From Eubacterium sp. (GTDB lineage: Bacteria > Bacillota > Clostridia > Oscillospirales > Acutalibacteraceae): 64,000 bases of DNA. Under the pieces are notes generated by a model. The model searched no databases, had not been told where the DNA came from, and was given only the letters and a program-made list of their open reading frames with translations. Position numbers and translations under genes: made by a program. The stretch lies in assembly GCA_051881175.1 (NCBI GenBank), contig JBJEPI010000021.1:1448-65447 (forward strand), given 5' to 3'. Of this stretch, positions 57,599-64,000 are shown piece after piece (the stretch's first letter is position 1; every line of letters begins with the position of its first letter).

Positions 57599-57662
57599 AA
57601 AACAATACCTCAAAAATTTATATCATTATTATAGAATAACCCGCGGGTAAAGTCAATCGGTA

Positions 57663-58118
57663 TTAATCCCCAAAATAATACAAATCTATTAATTTTTTAA
57701 CCTGTGATTCACCAAAGACCTGTATTTCGTTTTTACTCAGCAAATCAGCAGTAATGCCGTTTCCGTCACAAAGATTGCCGCTAAAGCTTCCGTCATAAAT
57801 TTTACCGAAGCCGCAGGAGGGCGAGCGTTCCTTTAAAACCGCACAGGGAGCGTTAGTCTCTTTAGCAATATACAAGGCTTGCTCGGCGCCCTTTTCAAAG
57901 GCCTTTGTAACATCCTTTCCCGATTTTGAAAGCACCCTGTCGCCGACAATCTCACTGGGCTCACGAGGAATGGGCAATTCGCCGAAGCATTCGGGACAAA
58001 TCGGTATAATTTGAAAATATTTTTCCAGCGAGCATACCAAATCATTCTTATTATTTGAGCCGTTATATTTACAATTTTCTCCCAACAGGCAGGCACTGAC
58101 TAAAATTTTTGTTTTCAT
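57663..58118 (-). CDS. DUF523 (TudS/YbbK-like) Cys-rich protein
   Basis: ILVSACLLGENCKYNG, PICPE and SPSCG are the three conserved Cys regions of DUF523. Start set at the ATG at 58118, preceded by GAGG. Confidence 0.8.
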   Translation of the reverse strand: MKTKILVSACLLGENCKYNGSNNKNDLVCSLEKYFQIIPICPECFGELPIPREPSEIVGDRVLSKSGKDVTKAFEKGAEQALYIAKETNAPCAVLKERSPSCGFGKIYDGSFSGNLCDGNGITADLLSKNEIQVFGESQVKKLIDLYYFGD

Positions 58119-58126
58119 ATTCAACC

Positions 58127-61100
58127 TCAGTATGTATAAGAACTAACATTGCTGTAATATGTGTAGGTCTTAACTCCGTTAGTGTATTTTATATACAGTC
58201 TTGCACTTACAACTCCTGTTGAATCACTGGAGCCGTAGGTTACAGACTTAATATTAGAGTTAGGCTCAAAGGTGATTTGCCTCAAAGCAAAGCCACTGCT
58301 GCCCTTTTGTCCTGCGTTTTCAAGAATCATAAAATCCTCGTCCTGATTTTTACCGTATAAAAATCCGCATTCCGTTACTGTATATTCAGTACCGAGATTT
58401 ACATGGGCATAGAAATCACGCTTATTACTTGCCGACTCATTTTGCTCATTATAAATATCGGTTACAACAGGATTGCCTTGATTGGTGTATTTAGTATCAA
58501 TATTAAGGGATTCGCCCTGAACATAACCGTAATCCAAAAGAGACTCGTCATCAAAGCGATTGTAATGGGCATAGCCGAAATCCTTGCCGTTAACAATTCC
58601 GTCCTTTATAAAGTCGCCGTATTTAATAACAAGCTCTCCTTTAAGGTTGGTTTTGTTCGGTGCAATTGTTGTGGTTGCAATAACGCTTCCATGCTTTTTA
58701 ACTAACACATTATAGCTTAGACAGCACTTAATTTCATCGGCAACAAATTTGCCGTATTTATTTGTTACGGCACAAAGCTCTCCGTTAATATAAACCTCTG
58801 CGTCGGCAATGGGTTTTCCCTTTGTGCTTTTAACGGTTGCCTTTACAAAGTGCCCCTTTGTTTGGGCAGAAAGATAATTTGAATAAACAGTCTCGTTACA
58901 ATCAACACAATTATAATTAACCGTAACATCATAACAGCAATTAGGCAAGGTGCTATCCTCTGTATATCCTCTTGAATGGCCACAACCAAGGGACACAAAG
59001 CCACAGCTTTTGTCGCTGATATAATCCTTGGTGGTGGAATCGTTATAGCAATAAACCACCGGAACATTTACATTTTCAACAGAATTACAAAGCAATGCTT
59101 TTGTTGCAAATACCGTTTGCTTTGAATAATTTGTAATGCTGATAAGATTAACACAATCGTAAAATGCATATCTGCCTACGGACTCGCAATCATTTAGAGT
59201 AACTGATTTAATCCCCTTGCATCCCCTAAATGCCGAGTCGCCGATATATTTAACATCTGACGACAGGTTAAGGCTTTGCAGTGACTCACTGCTGATGTAC
59301 CAAGGGGTATAGGTGTACAGCTGGTGATTTGAACCTGTATTGTAACCCGGCATGGTGCCGCTTCCCTGAGTAAGGGTAATGGTTTCAAACGACGAACAGC
59401 CATACCACACAGATTGGTTAACCGGCACGGACATAGAAAGGGGCATTGTCAGCTCCTTTGCCGATTTGGCATTGTAAAATGCATATTGTGAAAGCCAAGT
59501 TGCATTATCATCAATAACAATATTTTGGATTTCAGCCATATAGTCATACCAAGGAACAGAATCAGCGGTAGAATATGAATACATTTCTCCGCTGCCGGAG
59601 ATTGACAGGGTTTTTGTGTCATAATCATAATGCCAGCTTAAATCTTCGCCGCAATTACCGGTATTTAAGGAATTCGCTTCAAAGCCGTTATCAACTGCAT
59701 ACTGATAGGCTTCGGCGTCTGCATCGCCGTAATAGATTAAATCATTTTTAACAATGCCGTTATCGTTATAGCCGTAGCCAATGGAATAATCGGCAAAGGT
59801 TGAGCCTGATGAATAAACTCTCACTGCATTTGGATACTGTGTAAGTAAAAATGCATAGGGCTGAACATTAATTGCACTGTCTATTGTTAAGCTTGGTGAC
59901 TTATAGCTTGGAAGTGCCATAACAATATTTCCCACCGAGTCGTATAGTATTGAAGAACTAACAGTGAATTTATCGTTTGAAACAATTGTTAATGACGAAG
60001 CGTTCAGGAAAGCGGTTGCTTCAAGATTTTCAAGGCTATCAGGCATAACAAATTCACCCGATGTGGTTAAGGCTGAGCAAACAAGAGTTTTTCCGTCGGC
60101 GGAATAAAGGCTTCTGTTGATCACCTGATAATTATCACCTGTGTAAGAATAACTGTAAATTCTATTGCAGCCGTAAAATGCAAAGGGAGAAATATATGTT
60201 ATACCCTCGCCTAAGGATACTGTTCTGATACTGTCCTTATAGCTTGACCAAGGTGCAGAAATGTTCATATAGTCATACATTGCTCCTGTACCGTCAATGG
60301 ATAGCACGCCCAAATTATTCAAGCTAAAGGACAGGTTATCACCGCATATGCCGCTGATAACTATTGCGGGGCTGATATATTCGCCGTTATAAGAATAGCC
60401 GCAAACAGAACAGGTATACTTTGTATATCCGCTGTCGTCACCGCTTGGAGCAAACAGCTCCGTTAAAAAATCGTGATTGCAACCAAGGGAATTAAAGCTT
60501 ATACCCTCGGCATTACAATATGTTTCGGCACAGGTATTACTGTATCCGGTAATTTCAAAGCCTTCACTGATATTTCCAAAGGCACCGTTTCCTATATATT
60601 TGACATTTTGGTCAAACGCAATACCGTCTAAGCCACTGCAACCGTAAAAGGCATAATCTCCAACAGAAATGAAATTGGAGCTAATATCAAAAACGGCGTT
60701 GCTCATATCATAAAATGAATATGAGCCGATAGAGTTAACAGAGCTGTCAACGGTAACATTTAGTATTTTGTTTGAATATAACGACCAAGGCTGACCGCCT
60801 GTGGAATAATCAATTGTGTTGTAAACGGTCAAATCACCTTGCGGCAGTGATAAACTGTAATCGTCGTTTTGATATGTAATATTGCCGATATTGGGCATAC
60901 CGTAGCCATAATATGAATCAAGTCCGCTGTCGCCGTAATCAATGGCAAAATCGGTCATAATTTCATAAACCTGAGCCTTGGTTAAATCGGTATTCATGCT
61001 TTTTATATTGGCGCATACTGCGGCAACATAAGGCGCCGAAAACGAGGTTCCGCTGTATGAGGCGTAGCCTGAACTGCCGTCGGTATTTGGTATTGCAGAG

Positions 61101-62107
61101 TTAACACTTGAACCCGGTGCACAGAAATCCACCTCGGCACCGTAATTTGAGTAGCTGGCAATACCTGTTAGATTTGAATTAAGGGCAGAGACCGTAATAA
61201 CCCCGGGTGTCATAGCCGGATATGAATTGGTTAAAAGACTGCCCTTATTTCCTGCGCTGGCGCATACGCAAACTCCGTTATCAACCGCATAGTCAACTGC
61301 TTTTTGGTAGGAGGCTTCACCAAGCGAAGAGGTAAAGGAAGCGTTAATTACATCAACCCCCATATCCGTTGCGGCATAAATTGCAGAAATACAGGCCGAC
61401 AGGGTTTCAACATTTGTTCCAAAGGGAACCACCTTAAAGGGGATTATTTTAACATTATCCATGGTGTTATTGGCTATAATTCCGGATACAAAGGTTCCGT
61501 GAAAATAAACGCTTTCGCAGGACTTGTCATATTCGGCGTTTTCATTACCGTCGGCAGAATAATCATAGCCGTCATTATAAAACCTGCCGCTTAAATCATC
61601 GTGATTAAGCATAACGCCCGTATCCAGCACTGCCACAAGAACATCGTCGGCAGTAATATTAAAGCTTGGAATGAACGAGGAAATACCCAGTGCATCACTG
61701 CCGGTGGGGTTCATTTGGCATTTTTCATAGGAATTTAAGGTTGCCGCATAATCAGGGTCAACTATATAGCCGTCATTTATCATTCGGTCATAAGCGTTAG
61801 AGGCGTCCAAGCAGGTATCATACTGAAGCAAGGCAAGGCTGTGCTTTGTATCCTCAACAACATCAACGGCGCCGTAATTCTTTCCGTCATAGTTTGAAAC
61901 AATCAAGCGCTTTAACGCAAAGGGATTGGTTGTATCTACGGTTGAAAGAGCGGGATCGTATTTTTGATAGAGAGAAACCATTTCAGCTTGAAATTTAGAA
62001 TTATCACTATTCTCTGCATAATTAAAATATGAAACGCCTAAAAAAACAGCTGATATTATTACGCAAAGGGATACAGCGCACGCAACAGCGCTTTTAATTT
62101 TTGCCAT
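58127..62107 (-). CDS. Large secreted S8 (subtilisin-like) serine peptidase fused to BspA-type LRRs, Cys modules and a C-terminal beta-rich region
   Basis: 1326 aa. N-terminal signal/anchor. Catalytic triad contexts VAVLDTGV, HGTFVSGII and SGTSFSAPYVAAV. Multiple LRR_5-like units, CSVCG and CVDCN modules, and KDGIVNGKDF. Confidence 0.85.
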   Translation of the reverse strand: MAKIKSAVACAVSLCVIISAVFLGVSYFNYAENSDNSKFQAEMVSLYQKYDPALSTVDTTNPFALKRLIVSNYDGKNYGAVDVVEDTKHSLALLQYDTCLDASNAYDRMINDGYIVDPDYAATLNSYEKCQMNPTGSDALGISSFIPSFNITADDVLVAVLDTGVMLNHDDLSGRFYNDGYDYSADGNENAEYDKSCESVYFHGTFVSGIIANNTMDNVKIIPFKVVPFGTNVETLSACISAIYAATDMGVDVINASFTSSLGEASYQKAVDYAVDNGVCVCASAGNKGSLLTNSYPAMTPGVITVSALNSNLTGIASYSNYGAEVDFCAPGSSVNSAIPNTDGSSGYASYSGTSFSAPYVAAVCANIKSMNTDLTKAQVYEIMTDFAIDYGDSGLDSYYGYGMPNIGNITYQNDDYSLSLPQGDLTVYNTIDYSTGGQPWSLYSNKILNVTVDSSVNSIGSYSFYDMSNAVFDISSNFISVGDYAFYGCSGLDGIAFDQNVKYIGNGAFGNISEGFEITGYSNTCAETYCNAEGISFNSLGCNHDFLTELFAPSGDDSGYTKYTCSVCGYSYNGEYISPAIVISGICGDNLSFSLNNLGVLSIDGTGAMYDYMNISAPWSSYKDSIRTVSLGEGITYISPFAFYGCNRIYSYSYTGDNYQVINRSLYSADGKTLVCSALTTSGEFVMPDSLENLEATAFLNASSLTIVSNDKFTVSSSILYDSVGNIVMALPSYKSPSLTIDSAINVQPYAFLLTQYPNAVRVYSSGSTFADYSIGYGYNDNGIVKNDLIYYGDADAEAYQYAVDNGFEANSLNTGNCGEDLSWHYDYDTKTLSISGSGEMYSYSTADSVPWYDYMAEIQNIVIDDNATWLSQYAFYNAKSAKELTMPLSMSVPVNQSVWYGCSSFETITLTQGSGTMPGYNTGSNHQLYTYTPWYISSESLQSLNLSSDVKYIGDSAFRGCKGIKSVTLNDCESVGRYAFYDCVNLISITNYSKQTVFATKALLCNSVENVNVPVVYCYNDSTTKDYISDKSCGFVSLGCGHSRGYTEDSTLPNCCYDVTVNYNCVDCNETVYSNYLSAQTKGHFVKATVKSTKGKPIADAEVYINGELCAVTNKYGKFVADEIKCCLSYNVLVKKHGSVIATTTIAPNKTNLKGELVIKYGDFIKDGIVNGKDFGYAHYNRFDDESLLDYGYVQGESLNIDTKYTNQGNPVVTDIYNEQNESASNKRDFYAHVNLGTEYTVTECGFLYGKNQDEDFMILENAGQKGSSGFALRQITFEPNSNIKSVTYGSSDSTGVVSARLYIKYTNGVKTYTYYSNVSSYTY

Positions 62108-62264
62108 AATATCACCTCGTTTCCAAAAAATATAACAATTATATGAATATTATATCACAATAAATTGACTTATGCCATAAAAATGTGTTATTTTAATTAT
62201 ATAGCACATACAGGTCGTTTTGACTTGCGGGGTTTTTCCCCTATTGCTTAGAGAGGAGTTAATT

Positions 62265-63740
62265 ATGGAAGAAAAAAAATATGTTCCTAAAAACGAATGG
62301 CTTGCCTACGGCATAGGTGCTTTAGGTCAAGGTATGGTTTACGGAATTATGAGCTCGTACATTTCCGACTTTTACATAAGTGTATTAAAGGTTGGCCCGG
62401 TGTTTGTTTTATTCCTAATGCTGCTTGCCAGAGTTTGGGACGCTATCAACGACCCCATTATGGGTTATATAGTTGACCACGCAAATCCTAAGCACGGAAA
62501 GCTCAAAACATATTTGATTTACACACCGATACCTGTTGCATTGCTGACATTCTTTCTGTTTTTCGCTCCAAACCTAAGCGATACACAAAAAATGATTTAT
62601 GCCGGCATTACCTATGTTGCCTGGGGCATGATTTACACCGCCTCAGATGTTCCGTTTTGGAGTTTACCGAATGCGTTAACACCTAATGCGGACGAACGCG
62701 GTTCGATTATTTCAAAGGCACGAACCCTAAACGGCATTGGTTCGGCAGTACCCATGGCTATGTTTATGTTGCTTGGCTTTATTTTGCCAAAGCTTAATCT
62801 TTCCGGTCTTGCACTTGAAAAGACAAAATACACAGCTATGGCGCTGATTTGTTCAATAATAGGAAACATTCTGTTTGTTAGGGTTTATTTTAAAACCAAG
62901 GAAAGAGTTAATATTCCCGTTCCGCCGAAAAAGGATAAAAATCAGCCGAGCTCATTAAAGCTGATATTCACCTGCAAGCCGCTGATGATTACCGCGGCTA
63001 TGGGCGTTTTGTCCGCCGCAAGATATATGTTTCAGGCAGGTGCTGTGCATGTTGCAAGATATTCCTTCTACATTGGCAAGGATTTGGAAGGTCTTTCAAA
63101 GCAGGAGGTTGAAGCGGCACTGCAATCAAACATTTCCACGGTTTCCATGGTGCTTGCAGTTGCCAGCGCAGTTGGTATGTTCGGCGCTATGCTGGCAGTA
63201 ACACCTTTAATTAAAAGGTTTAGCTATAAGCAAATCATTATTGTTTCATCCCTGCTGGGTGCCGCAAGCTCCCTGGCAATGTGGTTTATCGGCTACGAGC
63301 ATTTTTGGGCTTGCGTGCCGTTATTGTTAATATCCACAATCCCCTGCGGTACAATTAATGTTTGCGCCTTTGCAATGGTTGGAGACTGTCTTGACTATAT
63401 GGAGCTTCACACCGGCGTAAGGCTTACAGGTATGGGCTCCGCTATTCAAAGCTTTGTAACAAAATTCGGTAATGCTATTGCCACATCCGCAATTATTCTA
63501 ATGTATATTATTGTTGACCTTGATTTTTCAAAAATCGGAACAGCATACACTGCCAATGTTAACGAACTGACTTCATTCCAAAGGCAGGGAATGTTCAGCA
63601 TTATTTCGTTAATACCGGCAATTTCATTATTGCTTTGTATAATACCGATGTTCTTCTATAATATCACCGGAGAATACAGAGAGGAAATGGAAAAGCAATT
63701 GGCCGAGCAACGTGCCGCAAAGGGCATTGAAATTGAATAG
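62265..63740 (+). CDS. GPH-family (glycoside-pentoside-hexuronide:cation) MFS symporter
   Basis: RVWDAINDPIMGYIVD is the GPH signature, with 12 predicted spans. Start set at the ATG at 62265, preceded by GAGAGGAG. Confidence 0.85.
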   Translation: MEEKKYVPKNEWLAYGIGALGQGMVYGIMSSYISDFYISVLKVGPVFVLFLMLLARVWDAINDPIMGYIVDHANPKHGKLKTYLIYTPIPVALLTFFLFFAPNLSDTQKMIYAGITYVAWGMIYTASDVPFWSLPNALTPNADERGSIISKARTLNGIGSAVPMAMFMLLGFILPKLNLSGLALEKTKYTAMALICSIIGNILFVRVYFKTKERVNIPVPPKKDKNQPSSLKLIFTCKPLMITAAMGVLSAARYMFQAGAVHVARYSFYIGKDLEGLSKQEVEAALQSNISTVSMVLAVASAVGMFGAMLAVTPLIKRFSYKQIIIVSSLLGAASSLAMWFIGYEHFWACVPLLLISTIPCGTINVCAFAMVGDCLDYMELHTGVRLTGMGSAIQSFVTKFGNAIATSAIILMYIIVDLDFSKIGTAYTANVNELTSFQRQGMFSIISLIPAISLLLCIIPMFFYNITGEYREEMEKQLAEQRAAKGIEIE

Positions 63741-63773
63741 AAACACACAAAAAACAGGTTGATAGAATTTCTG

Positions 63774-64000
63774 TCAACCTATTTTTATTAATCCGTATTT
63801 ACTGTTAATTCTGTTTATTTTGGTAATAAACGGCTCGCCGAATATAAACAAAAACACTGCTGTTGCCGCACCGAATACAGCGCTGAAGGGCGCTCCCGAA
63901 AGGTATACCGACGCAAAGGCACCGAGGCTTAAATTATTACCGTACATTACCAAAACAGTTGATAAATCAACCACCAAGCCGTAAACGGCAAAGGCAAGAA
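63774..64000 (-). CDS. C-terminal part of a membrane protein (5' end outside the window)
   Basis: The hydrophobic reading frame stays open to the window edge (..LAFAVYGLVVDLST..). The family is not recognisable. Confidence 0.4.
   Translation of the reverse strand, partial: LAFAVYGLVVDLSTVLVMYGNNLSLGAFASVYLSGAPFSAVFGAATAVFLFIFGEPFITKINRINSKYGLIKIG

Noticed and set aside
1-64000. tRNA, rRNA, tmRNA or CRISPR loci.
   Set aside because: Visual scanning of the intergenic regions found no cloverleaf-like T-arm/acceptor signatures, rRNA-like stretches or regular repeat-spacer arrays. This was not an exhaustive computational search.

Overview
The window is a low-GC Firmicutes/Clostridia-type chromosomal segment. 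The taxon guess rests only on gene order and protein motifs. About 57 of 61 genes are on the minus strand. Functional calls come from motif recognition and remembered family sequences only; no database search was possible and start codons are approximate.

Read along the minus strand, the window holds three main housekeeping blocks:
- A distal block with a GPH sugar symporter, a giant S8 protease, uvrC-rsmD-coaD, an amino-acid ABC transporter, and murT-gatD.
- The conserved rpsB-tsf ... pyrH-frr-uppS-cdsA-dxr-rseP-ispG-polC string.
- A tightly packed run hisZG-hisD-hisB-hisA-hisI-hisE-recJ-relA-dtd-MBL-hemZ, followed by a SpoVB/MurJ-like flippase, mazG, hup and an S4-domain gene.

The main finding is about 19 kb of accessory DNA (25.7-45.1 kb) between tsf and pyrH, which are normally adjacent.
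- Its tsf-proximal half is built of gene cassettes. Each is bounded by a diverged copy of the last codons of tsf plus the tsf terminator hairpin plus a -35 box.
- Two of the junctions also carry a module with three helically phased TTTACGCA boxes.
- No integrase or transposase gene is visible anywhere in the window.
- Cargo includes four secreted or surface proteins (BspA-type LRR, GLUG-like repeats, Cys4 modules, a dockerin-like loop), a GH112 phosphorylase with a cytoplasmic beta-helix protein, and an XRE plus zinc-ribbon membrane-protein module.
- It also carries a HepT/MNT type VII toxin-antitoxin pair, a set of phosphohydrolases (Nudix, duplicated HAD, membrane-anchored metallophosphoesterase) and a transglutaminase-like protein.

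Other notable points:
- The PolC ORF appears to lack the whole 3'-5' proofreading exonuclease insertion.
- HisZ and HisG are fused into one ORF.
- The his cluster lacks hisC, hisH and hisF.
- A roughly 330-bp structured intergenic element is bracketed by identical palindromic hairpins.
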